Below are positions 1 to 9,493 of a stretch of DNA of 64,000 nucleotides, piece by piece. The notes below the pieces were generated by a model that was given only the letters and a program-made list of their open reading frames with translations, was not told where the DNA came from and made no database searches. Position numbers and translations under genes: made by a program. The stretch comes from an uncultured Chloroflexia bacterium (GTDB lineage Bacteria > Chloroflexota > Limnocylindria > Limnocylindrales > CSP1-4): assembly GCA_963764785.1 (NCBI GenBank), contig CAVXTU010000004.1, positions 9,379-73,378 on the forward strand. The letters are read 5' to 3'. How positions within the stretch are numbered: the stretch's first letter is position 1; every line of letters begins with the position of its first letter.

Positions 1-93
1 GATTTCGCTTCATGATATCGGAGACGGACTTCTGCCGGCTCCGCGGCAGCAGCCGATCGGGTATCGAGCGCACTACCAGGACGACGACCAGCG

Positions 94-435
94 ATGGCGA
101 GGCCCGCGATCATGCCCTGGGCCATCGAGCCATTGACCCGGTCGTCTGGGCAAGCCTATGCTGGCCGCACGATGGTCGATAGAGACAAGGACGGCCGCCC
201 GATCGCATCCCCAAATGCCGGCGCATTCCTGGGTCCGTTCACAGGGGTGGCTCCGGTGCCATCGGACTTGCTTGACCGCCAGTGGCGAGCAGGACCCCGC
301 AAGATCGGGCGTACACAGCGCTCCAAGGTGACCATCTTGGCGGCCGCCGCGATCGTGGTGATCGTGGTCTTGGTAATCCTGGGAGTGGCCACGCCAAGCA
401 CTGTGTCGGAACTGCCGTCACTGGCTTTCGCCTAG
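94..435 (+). CDS. hypothetical small protein with C-terminal hydrophobic helix (AAAAIVVIVVLVILGVA)
   Basis: Only plausible ORF in this stretch. No family recognised. Overlapping antisense ORFs are R/P-rich, as expected for wrong-frame translation in GC-rich DNA. Confidence 0.3.
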   Translation: MARPAIMPWAIEPLTRSSGQAYAGRTMVDRDKDGRPIASPNAGAFLGPFTGVAPVPSDLLDRQWRAGPRKIGRTQRSKVTILAAAAIVVIVVLVILGVATPSTVSELPSLAFA

Positions 436-481
436 ATCTCCGCAGGGACCCGCCGTTCTGGCCGGCACCGCGCGTGAACGA

Positions 482-558
<77 letters not shown>

Positions 559-620
559 TTGGGGTCGTCGATGGTACCGCTTTGGGCACGGTTGACCACC
601 CGGTCAGACCAGGGAGGGAG

Positions 621-705
621 TGGTGCCCAGGCCGGGACTTGAACCCGGATGAGTTGCCTCATACGCCCCTCAAACGTACGCGTATACCAATTCCGCCACC
701 TGGGC
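621..705 (-). tRNA. tRNA-Leu, anticodon GAG, long variable arm, 3' CCA encoded
   Basis: Reverse complement folds with acceptor gcccagg/cctgggc, anticodon loop ttGAGgg, a long extra arm, T arm ccggg-ttcaagt-cccgg and discriminator A. Confidence 0.9.
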
Positions 706-730
706 AGGTGCTGTGTGATGTGATCGAACG

Positions 731-818
731 TGGTACCGCGGGAGGGACTTGAACCCACACGACCGTAATGGTCACTAGGTCCTGAACCTAGCGCGTCTGC
801 CTATTCCGCCACCGCGGC
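731..818 (-). tRNA. tRNA-Leu, anticodon CAG, long variable arm, 3' CCA encoded
   Basis: Reverse complement has 5' gccgcggtggcggaat, like the neighbouring tRNA-Leu. Anticodon stem-loop is ctagg-ttCAGga-cctag. There is one U-U mismatch in the T stem and a G1-U72 pair; the rest is canonical. Confidence 0.8.
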
Positions 819-918
819 ACGAGATCGAACACAACGCTCAGCGAGCGGAGACCGATGGTAGCACGAAGGCCATCCTGGACCGCGCCTCAGAGGTCCCGTA
901 TGGCGCTGATCCGTTCGG

Positions 919-1140
919 CTATTCGCCGATGTAGATGATCATGCTGACCCCGACGAAGAGGATGGCCAGCAGGATCGTGAACTGGTACAGGCGCTGCTCG
1001 ACCCCACGACGACTGTGGAAGCTGGAAGCGTCGCCACCGCCAAAGGTCGCACCCAGCCCGGCCCCACGCGACTGCATGAGGATGGACGCGATCAGGCCGA
1101 TGGCCGTGAGCAGCAAAGCGAAGAAAAGGAAGATTTCCAC
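919..1140 (-). CDS. secG: preprotein translocase subunit SecG
   Basis: Two hydrophobic helices flank the SecG signature LMQSRGAGLGATFGGG. The position after tpiA/gpmI is typical. The ORF is open to a GTG at 1188, but the GTG at 1140 (VEIFLFF...) gives the usual length of about 73 aa. The start is uncertain. Confidence 0.8.
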   Translation of the reverse strand: MEIFLFFALLLTAIGLIASILMQSRGAGLGATFGGGDASSFHSRRGVEQRLYQFTILLAILFVGVSMIIYIGE

Positions 1141-1286
1141 GGTTCCGAGTCGACTCCAGTCAGTGATGCAACGCAGGCAGGATAGCACGGCCGTCGGCCC
1201 ATTCCCGACCCCGCCAGGCTCGTCTCGGCCCAGTCATCCCGCAACTGGGCGAGCGCAGGCCGGCGCCTCACGACACGCGGCAACCG

Positions 1287-2867
1287 CTACTCCTCGAGCA
1301 GTGAGTGCCCGGTCATGCCGGCTGCCGGGCTGACGCCGGCAAGCGCCATCAGGGTCGGCGTCACGTCGGCCAGGATGCCGTCGCCCAGGTGTCGGCCGCG
1401 CACGGAGGAGCCGGCCAGCAGGAACGGCACCGGGCTGAGCGAGTGCTTGGTCACCGGCTCCCCGCTCACATCTCTCATCACATCGGCATTGCCATGGTCG
1501 GCCGTGATGGCCAGCAATGCCCCGGCTCTGCCGGCGGCCAGCGATGCCGCGTCGGCTGTCAACACCGCGTCGATGACACGACCGAGACAGCTGTCCAGAA
1601 AGCCGCAGGCCTCCACCGTAGCCTCCCAGACCCCCGTGTGGCCGACCATGTCGGGGTTGGCGAAGTTGGCGACGATGAGGTCGTACTCGCCCGACTCCAC
1701 CGCGGTCACGATCTCATCGGTCACGGCGGCCGCACTCATCCGCGGTTGGAGGTCGTACGTGGCGACCCTGGGGCTGGGCACGAGCCTGCGGACCTCCCCC
1801 GGCCAGGGCGCCTCGACTCCCCCATTGAAGAAGTAGGTCACGTGTGCATACTTCTCAGTCTCCGCGACGTGGAACTGCCGCCAACCCAGTCCCGAGACGA
1901 CCTCCGACAGGCTCGTCACGACCATCGGCGGGTAGGCCACCCGGACGGGCAGTCCGCCCTCGAACTCGGTCAGAGTCACGACCGTCGGGAAAGGTACGTC
2001 GGGGCCTCGGTCGAAGCCGGAGAGATCCCGGTCCACGAGCGCGTGAGTGAGCTGACGCGCACGATCGGCTCGGAAGTTGAAGTGGATCACGACGTCCTCG
2101 TCGCGTACCCTGCCGTCCACACCAGCGATCGGTGTCGGCTTCACGAACTCATCGTTCTCGCCGCGCTGGTACGCGGCGGCCAGAGCTGCCTCGGCACTGC
2201 TGGCGGGCTCCGTGCCGGCGCCACGGCCGTAGACCATGGCGTCGTACCAGGCCTTGATCCGGTCCCAACGGCTATCGCGATCCATCCCGAAGTAGCGGCC
2301 CCCGATCACGGCGAGCCGGGCGGCCGGGTGCACCGCTGCCAGGCGGGCCTCGAAGTCAGGGATGAAGCGGTCAGCCGAACGCGGCGGGGTATCGCGTCCG
2401 TCGAGCAATCCATGGACCACCACGTCGTCGACGCCGGCCTCGCGGGCCAGCTCGGCGATGGCCACCGCATGGCGGTCGGTGGAGTGGACGCCGCCAGGAC
2501 CGATCAGCCCGACCAGGTGCAGCCGGGAGCTCGTCTCGGCGACCTGTCGGACCGCATCCAGCAGGACTACGTTCTGTTTGAACGAGCCATCCGCGATCTC
2601 TGCATCGATGCGTGGCAGGTCCTGGAGCACGGGTCGTCCGGCACCCAGGTTCAGGTGGCCGACCTCGCTGTTGCCCATCTGGCCGTCAGGCAAGCCCACG
2701 GCGGCAGCCGAGGCCTGGAGCCGCGAGTTGGGCCAGGCCTCCAGCAGCGCGCGCCAACGCGGCATGGGTGCCGCCACGATGGCATCGGCCTCGGGATCAG
2801 GTCCGATGCCGAAGCCGTCGATGATGACAAGTACGACGGGGCAAGGTCGTTCAGCCCTCGTGGTCAC
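1287..2867 (-). CDS. gpmI: 2,3-bisphosphoglycerate-independent phosphoglycerate mutase
   Basis: Motifs VVLVIIDGFG, NSEVGHLNLGAGR and ADHGN are present. The ORF extends to 3059 but overlaps tpiA. A GTG at 2867 preceded by aaaggcgga gives the conserved N-terminus. Confidence 0.9.
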   Translation of the reverse strand: MTTRAERPCPVVLVIIDGFGIGPDPEADAIVAAPMPRWRALLEAWPNSRLQASAAAVGLPDGQMGNSEVGHLNLGAGRPVLQDLPRIDAEIADGSFKQNVVLLDAVRQVAETSSRLHLVGLIGPGGVHSTDRHAVAIAELAREAGVDDVVVHGLLDGRDTPPRSADRFIPDFEARLAAVHPAARLAVIGGRYFGMDRDSRWDRIKAWYDAMVYGRGAGTEPASSAEAALAAAYQRGENDEFVKPTPIAGVDGRVRDEDVVIHFNFRADRARQLTHALVDRDLSGFDRGPDVPFPTVVTLTEFEGGLPVRVAYPPMVVTSLSEVVSGLGWRQFHVAETEKYAHVTYFFNGGVEAPWPGEVRRLVPSPRVATYDLQPRMSAAAVTDEIVTAVESGEYDLIVANFANPDMVGHTGVWEATVEACGFLDSCLGRVIDAVLTADAASLAAGRAGALLAITADHGNADVMRDVSGEPVTKHSLSPVPFLLAGSSVRGRHLGDGILADVTPTLMALAGVSPAAGMTGHSLLEE

Positions 2868-2943
2868 GTCGTTCCGCCTTTCATTCGGGGAGCGGGACTC
2901 ATCGAGTCCCCGGGTGGGTGGCGATGGGAGATCGTTGCGGCAG

Positions 2944-3744
2944 CTAGCCAGCCTTGGCGCGGGCCGCGGCGGTGACGCCGGCGCGGGCGGCGATCCCGGC
3001 CATCTCATCGGGTTTGAGGCTGGCACCGCCGATGAGCGCGCCGTCGATGGCGGGCTCATCGATGAACTCCCCGAACGACGAACTGGTTACCGAGCCGCCA
3101 TACAGCACGGGCATGGCCTCGGCCGTCGGATCGCCGGCGAGGTCCGCCACCGTGGCGCGGATGGCAGCGGCCATCTGGGCCGCATCCACTCCACTCGCCG
3201 TCTTGCCGGTGCCGATGGCCCAGACCGGCTCATAGGCGATGACCAGGTCATCGGGGACGCCGTCCGACTCAGCAGCAACGACCTTGAGCGCGATCTCCAC
3301 CTGGGCCTGCACCGTCGTGATGGCCCGGCCGGCCTCGCGCTCCTCGAGCTGCTCGCCGCAGCACAGCATGGGTCTGATCCCGGCCTCGATGAGGCGGACG
3401 ATCTTGCGGCCGATGAGCGCGTCGGTCTCACCCTGGTCACGGCGACGCTCACTGTGGCCGACGATGACCCAGGTCACCAGACCGTTCAGCATGCCGGCCG
3501 AGACCTCCCCGGTGTAGGCACCATTGGATTCCGAGTGGACGTTCTGTGCACCGACGGCCACGCCCGATCCCTGAAGCGCCTCGTTCACCTGGGCCAGCGC
3601 GACATACGGGGGGCAGATGACGCGGGTGACTCCGGCCACGTCGGTGGCATCAGCGATGGACCTGGCCAGCGGACCAGCTTCCGCCGGGGTGGTGTTCATC
3701 TTCCAGTTGGCTGTGATGATGACGGGTCGCATGGACCCAATCAT
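2944..3744 (-). CDS. tpiA: triose-phosphate isomerase
   Basis: Motifs ANWKMN, VIVGHSERR, AYEPVWAIGTG and YGGSV are present. It sits in the same ORF as the whiA N-terminal frame only by chance. The ATG at 3744 overlaps the whiA stop (ATGA). Confidence 0.92.
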   Translation of the reverse strand: MIGSMRPVIITANWKMNTTPAEAGPLARSIADATDVAGVTRVICPPYVALAQVNEALQGSGVAVGAQNVHSESNGAYTGEVSAGMLNGLVTWVIVGHSERRRDQGETDALIGRKIVRLIEAGIRPMLCCGEQLEEREAGRAITTVQAQVEIALKVVAAESDGVPDDLVIAYEPVWAIGTGKTASGVDAAQMAAAIRATVADLAGDPTAEAMPVLYGGSVTSSSFGEFIDEPAIDGALIGGASLKPDEMAGIAARAGVTAAARAKAG

Positions 3745-4536
3745 AGGTCGGGCGATGGCACCGCGGCGGCGGCCACCGCATCGAGCCGAGCGAAGGCGCG
3801 CTGCACCCGCGCCCGACTGAGCCCAAGCGTCACGGCCAGCTCGGTAAACGATGCTTCGGGGGCATCGCGCCGGGCGCGTGCCACGACTCCGATCGATATC
3901 GGACAGCTCGGCCAGTCGCCCATCCGTCTCAAGTCGTTCGATGACCGCGATCTGACGTGCACTCGAGGCGACCGAGCGCTCAAGATTGGCCGTCTCAGCG
4001 TTGAGTACGCGATTGAGGTGGCCCTGCAGCTGACGCATCACCAGCCGCGATTCCACCTCCAGGACGCTGGCACCGGCACCGCACAGGCGCAGGAAAGCCA
4101 GGATCGTGTCGGTTCGCTTCAGCGTCAGGACGCCGCGATGACGCCGCCGCCGACTGGAGGACCGGAAGCCGGCCTCTTCCATCCGCGACACCAGCGTAGC
4201 CAGTTCATCCGTGGGCACGACCATCTCCAGGTGGGCGCCGTGGGCACCCATGCTCAGCGACCCGGTGGCCAGGAAACGTCCTCGCAGCCAGGCCGCCCGA
4301 CAGTGGCTCCGGGCCGCCGGCCAGTCGAAGTCAGCGGCGGATCCGACGCCTTCTCGGGTGTCGTCATCCGCCAGTCGTACCGCCAGCCGAGCCACCGCCG
4401 GCGATCGAGCGTGACCCTGAGCTGCGGCACCCAGCCCTGCCCGCTCGGCGGCGCGACAGCAGGTACGCGGTGGGTCGATCGCGGCGAGCTCGGCGCGGAC
4501 CGCCTGCACCAGGTCGCGGTCACGTGTCTCGCTCAC
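3741..4536 (-). pseudogene. whiA: WhiA-family regulator with one frame disruption near 3885-3895
   Basis: The N-terminal part (ELAAIDPPRTCCRAAE..., LAGLIDADG-like region) is in the frame starting at the GTG at 4536. The C-terminal HTH (VARARRDAPEASFTELAVTLGLSRARVQRAFARL) is in the frame of ORF 3741-3983. Total length is 796 nt, 1 over a multiple of 3, so one extra base is inferred. Confidence 0.8.
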
Positions 4537-4553
4537 CGCTGCCCCTGTGCGCT

Positions 4554-5888
4554 TCAGGCGCTGCGGACCGGCGCCACCGGGTGAGCGGCTGGGCGAGCAG
4601 CAAGGAGCACCATCAGTGCATCAGTCAGGCGTGCCGGGTCGTGGCGGTGGGCATTGTCGGGATCGACCACTGAAGCCAGCTCCAATCGTGGGCGGGCGTC
4701 GTCGACGGGCAGATCGATGCGGACGGGCTCCGCGTGGTACCCATCGGGAACCTTTGCCGTGGTGTCGTCGTTGGCCAGGACGACGTCGATGAGGTGGCCC
4801 ACGTCGTGCGCGTTGAGCGCCGCGATGTGCTCGGACAACGTGTAGCCCTCGGTCTCGCCCACCTGGGTGGCGACGTTGTTGACGTAGACGCGCAGGCCGT
4901 GGGTGTCTTCCAGCGCCGACCGGATACCTGGCACGAGCAGGCTGGGCAACAGGCTGGTGTACAACGATCCCGGTCCCAGCACGATGAGGTCGGCGGCGCG
5001 AATGGCCTCCACGGCCTCGGCACTGGCCTCGACCCGAGCCGGGCTGAGCCACACACGTCGGATGCCACGCGATGCCCCGATGCGCGATTGCCCTGTGAGT
5101 TGTGAGCCGTCGGCCAGCTCGGCACTGAGATTGAGTGCCTCGGGCGCCACGGGTACGACCTCGCCTCGTACGGCCAGGACGCGGTTGGTCTGGCGGACCC
5201 CCTCCTCGAAGTCTCCGGTGATGTCGGCCATGGCGGCGATGAGCAGGTTGCCCAATGCATGCCCGGCGAGCCCCGGCTGTGCCTCACCGGTCGGGAAGCG
5301 GTACTGCATCAGCTTGGTCATGGTCGGTTCGGCATCGGCCAGGGCCGCCATGCAGTTGCGGATGTCACCTACCGGTGGCACGCCCAGCTCCTCTCGCAAG
5401 ACGCCAGAGGACCCACCGTCATCGGCCACCGTCACCACCGCGGTGATGTTGCTGCTGACCTCCTTGAGGCCGCGCAGCAGAGTGGACTGGCCGGTGCCGC
5501 CGCCGATGGCCACGATCCGTGGGCCGCGCGCCAGCGAACGCTTCTGATAGACCAGCTCCACCAGCGGCTCGCGTCGGGCCGGGAACGGTTCCAGGAGCAC
5601 GCCGAGCAGCCGCCACAGTCCATACAGGAAGACGCCGATACCGATGCCGATGACCAGGATGGGTCGCAGCGGATCGGGCAGGAAGTTCAGGCTGACCACC
5701 TCGAATAGCTGGCCCGCCGGCGTGTTTGGCAGAACGTCGCGGAACAGGATCCGGATGAGGAGTGCGCCGGCCGTGGCGAGGATGGTGAGCCCGATGAACA
5801 TCAGCAGGAACCAGCGCTTGATACCGGTCCCGGGCTTGAGCCAGCGGCGGAGCCGATGCCAACGGCCCTCCCCTGCTCGAAGGGTCAT
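4554..5888 (-). CDS. yvcK: YvcK/CuvA-like protein (CofD fold) with an N-terminal two-helix membrane anchor
   Basis: Motifs IVAIGGGTGQSTLLRGLK, VVTVADDGGSSG and IVLGPGSLYTS are present. The ATG at 5888 overlaps the rapZ stop (ATGA). The ORF is open to 5915. Confidence 0.85.
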   Translation of the reverse strand: MTLRAGEGRWHRLRRWLKPGTGIKRWFLLMFIGLTILATAGALLIRILFRDVLPNTPAGQLFEVVSLNFLPDPLRPILVIGIGIGVFLYGLWRLLGVLLEPFPARREPLVELVYQKRSLARGPRIVAIGGGTGQSTLLRGLKEVSSNITAVVTVADDGGSSGVLREELGVPPVGDIRNCMAALADAEPTMTKLMQYRFPTGEAQPGLAGHALGNLLIAAMADITGDFEEGVRQTNRVLAVRGEVVPVAPEALNLSAELADGSQLTGQSRIGASRGIRRVWLSPARVEASAEAVEAIRAADLIVLGPGSLYTSLLPSLLVPGIRSALEDTHGLRVYVNNVATQVGETEGYTLSEHIAALNAHDVGHLIDVVLANDDTTAKVPDGYHAEPVRIDLPVDDARPRLELASVVDPDNAHRHDPARLTDALMVLLAARPAAHPVAPVRSA

Positions 5889-6791
5889 CGCCGTTTGTCC
5901 AGTTCCCGATGCCACACCGTGACCGGGCCCATGTCCAGCGAGGTGAGCTGGCCAGCGAGGGCTTCACTGATGGCCACCGAGCGATGGAATCCGCCCGTGC
6001 ATCCGATGGCGATGGTCAGCCGGGTCTTGCCCTCGGCAAGGTAGGCCGGGACGACGGTGGCAAAGAAGCCGTCGAGATGCTCCAAGAAATCGTTGCGTGA
6101 TGGGCTGGCCGAGCACGAAGTCACGGACTGGCTCGGTCAGCCCTGACGAGTCGCGCAACTCAGGCCGGTAGAACGGGTTCTCCATGAAACGCACGTCGAA
6201 AACGAGATCGGCCTCCAGCGGCACGCCGTACTTGAAGCCGAAGCTGATGACCTGGAGCGACAGCTGGTCGGGACCCGGCTGGGCGTCCAGGGCAGCCACG
6301 ATCCGCTCACGAAGCTGCTTGAACGCAAGGTCGGTGGTATCGATGGTGGTCTGGGCCAGGTCGCGGACGTCGGCGAGCATCTCGCGCTCGCGTGCGATCG
6401 CCAATTCGACACCGTCATTCTGGTTGTCCAGCGGGTGTCGGTGGCGCGTTTCCGAGTAGCGTCGGATGAGCGCTTCGTCACTGGCCTCAAGGAACACGAT
6501 CTGGGGTTCGATATCGCGCCCGTGCAGCGCTCCGAGGGCGGCGGCCAGCGCCAATGGAGCATCACCCTGGCGCACATCGAGCACGATGGCCACGCGGTCG
6601 TACCGTGTCGGGTCGTTGGCGACGAGTTCAGCCAGGTCGCGCAACAGCTCCGCGGGTACGTTGTCGACGACGATGTAGCCGAGGTCCTCGAAGATCTTGC
6701 TGGCCGCGGTCTTCCCTGCGCCAGACAGGCCGGTGACGATGGCGACGTGCTGGTTACGGGGCCCGTGCGCCGGCGGCAGCTGCTCAGGCAT
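5885..6791 (-). pseudogene. rapZ: RapZ/YvcJ P-loop nucleotide-binding protein with one frame disruption near 6088-6097
   Basis: The N-terminal part has the Walker A motif VTGLSGAGKT. The C-terminal part (DFLEHLDGFF...LTIAIGCTGGFHRSV) lies in ORF 5885-6124. Length is 907 nt, 1 over a multiple of 3. The ATG at 6791 overlaps the tatC end by 8 nt. Confidence 0.85.
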
Positions 6792-7569
6792 CGGCTCGTC
6801 GACCTTCCCGGCGTCGCTGCAACAGGAAGATGGTGAACTCATACAGCGCGTACATCGTGCCGGCCAGCACCATCGGGCTGATGGGGTCGCCACCGGGCGT
6901 GATGACCACGGCGAAGATGACCACGCCGAGCAGCACGTATCGACGCATCGTCTTGAGCTGGTCCACGTTGAGCACCCCGATGCGGTCAAGGAAGACCAGG
7001 ACGATGGGGAACTGCATCACCAGACCGAAGATCAGGAAGATGAAGGTGACGAAGCCGAAGTAGGCCTCCGCACTCGGGAGCGCGGTGAGGGCACCGGGGA
7101 TCTCGAAGCTGAGCAGGAAACCGACGGCATAGGGCAGGGTGATCCAGGCCACCGCGCAGCCGAGCAGGAAGAACACCACGGTCATCGGGATCCACGGCAA
7201 CGCGGCCTTGCGTTCGTGCGGCATCAAGCCGGGTGCCACGAAGGCCCACAGCTCGTACAGGACCACCGGCGAGGCGATGAGGATGCCCACGATGACCGAG
7301 ACCCGCAGATACACCATGAAGCCGCCCGAGAGGGTCAGGAACACGACCTCGCCGTTGGGCAACGGCGTCAGCAGCAGCTTGATGATGGGATCGGCGAAGT
7401 AGAAGCCCACCGCTGAGCCGAGCAGGATGGCCACGATGCTGATGGCGATGCGCCGTCGCAGCTCCGCGAGATGATCGACCAGGGTCATGCTGGCGGGCTC
7501 GGGCGAAGGACCCTGCGACCCCCCTGGCTCAGGCAACGCGGTGATCTCGGGTTCCAGGACGTCGCTCAT
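6784..7569 (-). CDS. tatC: twin-arginine translocase subunit TatC
   Basis: HLAELRRRI at the N-terminus, six hydrophobic segments, and adjacency to tatA. Confidence 0.92.
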   Translation of the reverse strand: MSDVLEPEITALPEPGGSQGPSPEPASMTLVDHLAELRRRIAISIVAILLGSAVGFYFADPIIKLLLTPLPNGEVVFLTLSGGFMVYLRVSVIVGILIASPVVLYELWAFVAPGLMPHERKAALPWIPMTVVFFLLGCAVAWITLPYAVGFLLSFEIPGALTALPSAEAYFGFVTFIFLIFGLVMQFPIVLVFLDRIGVLNVDQLKTMRRYVLLGVVIFAVVITPGGDPISPMVLAGTMYALYEFTIFLLQRRREGRRADA

Positions 7570-7620
7570 GGGCGGGGGTCGACCTCCGGTGCTGCCACGG
7601 CGAGGTCTCGGAAGCGCAGG

Positions 7621-7920
7621 TCAGGCGTCGTCGTCGCCGTCCGCCTTGGAGTCTGGCGGGTTCACCGGTGCCGGCGTCAGGCTGGTGCTGTTGGGCTCGG
7701 CCTCGGAGGTCAGCGTGTTGGGCGGCGGCGGCGTCTTCTCAGCGGCCGCCGCCTTGTCCGGGTCGATGGCGTCGGTCATGTCACTGGAGGCCTTGCGGAA
7801 CTCCTTGATGGTGCGACCGATGGCGTTGCCCATCTCGGGCAGGCGACCAGGACCCACCACGAGGAGGGCGATGGCCAGGATGATGATGAGCTCGAGGGGC
7901 CCGATGTTCGGGAGTCCCAT
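7621..7920 (-). CDS. tatA: twin-arginine translocase subunit TatA/E
   Basis: MGLPNIGPLELIIILAIALLVVGPGRLPEMG followed by an amphipathic helix and an acidic, Pro-rich tail. Confidence 0.9.
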   Translation of the reverse strand: MGLPNIGPLELIIILAIALLVVGPGRLPEMGNAIGRTIKEFRKASSDMTDAIDPDKAAAAEKTPPPPNTLTSEAEPNSTSLTPAPVNPPDSKADGDDDA

Positions 7921-8122
7921 GCGACCCTCCGACGACGTGGATCAGTGGTAAGCATCCTAGCACCCAGCGTAGCCTGCTGGATGTCGCGCCTATGACCCTG
8001 GCGGTGGTGGAGCACCTTCATCAGCCGCGGACTCGTCAGTGGCCGGCGAGGCGACTGGCGACGTGCCAGCGGATCCGTCGCTCGCGTCGGGGGCTTCTCC
8101 GACATCGACCCCAGGTGTGGTG

Positions 8123-9493
8123 TCAGAGGTTTGGCTCTTGGGGACATACCAGCTGAGGCTGGATCTCACCATCGACACCGCCGTCCGTGGTCACCGCCTG
8201 ATCGGACACGAGGGTGATGTTCCCGCGCGAGTCGATGTCGAGCGTCATGACCCGAAGATCGATGTCGGTGCCGTCGCGTCGCAGGTAGGCGACGTGGTTG
8301 CCGTCGGGCGAGACCGCTGGCGCGAAACTGTTGCCGTCGTCGGTGAGGATGGCCTGCACATCGCCGCGGCGGGCGCTGATGATGACGATGTCTCGACCCG
8401 TGCCGCTGCTGGCCTCGACGGCCAGCCATTTGGCGTCGGGAGACCAGGATGGATTGGCGTAACCCGACTTCATGAGCTTGTTCTTGCCCTGCGAGCAGTT
8501 GGTCTTGGACTTGCACGTCCAGATGCCGATATGCGGCTCACCGCTGCTGCCACTGTTGTCGTTGTAGGTATAGGCGATGCGCGTGCCATCGGGGCTGAAG
8601 TCAGGATCGTTGTGGCCAAGCTTGGACTTGAACGGCGCGGGCACCCGGCGGATCCGACCGTTCTTGCTGTTGACGACGTACAGGATGACTTCCCCGTCGC
8701 CGTCGGGCCCGTCACTGACCACCGCGATGTTGTCACCGTTGGGACTGACCGAGGGTTGCAGGATGTAGCTGAACCAGTACCCCCGGCGGTCACGGATCAA
8801 CGACTTGTGAACCATCTTGATGCCACTGCCGTCGGCCTTGGCACGCATCAGGTCCGTGGGGGTCAGCGTGTACTTGCCTCCGGGGCGAGTCTTGTCCGTG
8901 GTCTTCTGGCTGGTGCGGATGAAGTAGAACGCCTTGCCATCCTCGGACCAGGCTGGGTCGGAGTCGGTGGTGGTCGACTTCGTGTCGGTCAAGGCGCGAA
9001 GTTCGGAGCGGCCCGAGGCTGACCAGATGTCGCCGCCGCGTGAGAACAGGATGGTGCCATCGAGGTCCGCGCCCTCACCGGGGGGTGCCCGGATGACCAG
9101 CGGAGCGGCCACCTCCTCAGTCGCTTCCGGCTGCGGTGTCTCGGCATCAACCTGCCCGGGTGACTCCGAAGGTTCAGCACCGCTGACCACGCCCCCGACC
9201 AGTTCACCGCTGGCCTGGGCCTCTGCAGCGGCAGCGTCATCGACCCGGGAGTTGAGGAAGCTGAAGCCCCAGTAGCTGGCGACGGCTACCAATACGAGCC
9301 CAGCCAGTGCCAGCAGTGGTGCGAACAGCGGGGTGCGGCGTGATGGCCGGCTGCGGGGCTGCAATGGCGCCTGGCCACGTGGATAGGGTGGCGGAGGCAA
9401 GTAATGCGGCTCGGTCTTGGCGCCGACGGGTTGCGATGATTGCGGGTACCGAGGATCCGGCCGATAGACGCTATCGGAAGGCGGTCCGCTCAT
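8123..9493 (-). CDS. TolB-like beta-propeller protein (PD40/WD40-like repeats) with a Pro-rich N-terminus and one TM helix
   Basis: Repeated (F/W)SPDG motifs (DFSPDGTRIAY, WSPDAKWLAV, AVSPDGNHVAY) and an N-terminal TM helix (LFAPLLALAGLVLVAVASYW). The ATG at 9493 overlaps the recJ stop (ATGA). ORF 7990-8178 (SSLSWYVPK..., acidic tail) could be the true C-terminus if one more extra base lies near 8160-8175. That is unproven. Confidence 0.75.
   Translation of the reverse strand: MSGPPSDSVYRPDPRYPQSSQPVGAKTEPHYLPPPPYPRGQAPLQPRSRPSRRTPLFAPLLALAGLVLVAVASYWGFSFLNSRVDDAAAAEAQASGELVGGVVSGAEPSESPGQVDAETPQPEATEEVAAPLVIRAPPGEGADLDGTILFSRGGDIWSASGRSELRALTDTKSTTTDSDPAWSEDGKAFYFIRTSQKTTDKTRPGGKYTLTPTDLMRAKADGSGIKMVHKSLIRDRRGYWFSYILQPSVSPNGDNIAVVSDGPDGDGEVILYVVNSKNGRIRRVPAPFKSKLGHNDPDFSPDGTRIAYTYNDNSGSSGEPHIGIWTCKSKTNCSQGKNKLMKSGYANPSWSPDAKWLAVEASSGTGRDIVIISARRGDVQAILTDDGNSFAPAVSPDGNHVAYLRRDGTDIDLRVMTLDIDSRGNITLVSDQAVTTDGGVDGEIQPQLVCPQEPNL

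Noticed and set aside
1-13. Possible start of a minus-strand gene leaving the window (ATG at 13-11, reading MKRN...)
   Set aside because: Only four codons are visible, which is not enough to support a call.
731-818. tRNA-Leu(CAG) as a possible pseudo-tRNA, given its T-stem U-U mismatch and G1-U72 pair
   Set aside because: All other arms, the anticodon loop, the long variable arm, the discriminator A and the CCA are canonical. Given the indel and error background, one or two imperfect pairs are not sufficient grounds.
2944-4536. A 530-aa ORF suggesting a WhiA-TpiA fusion protein
   Set aside because: The middle of the ORF is wrong-frame, Arg-rich sequence. The WhiA HTH is found in another frame, ending at 3741 with an ATGA overlap onto a normal tpiA start at 3744.
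7590-7600. GCCACGG also occurs in the tatA-tatC spacer, hinting at a shared CCGTGGC/GCCACGG motif with the 16.6-kb and 47.7-kb repeats
   Set aside because: A GC-rich 7-mer is expected many times by chance in 64 kb of this composition. Spacing and partner half-sites are inconsistent between the three locations.
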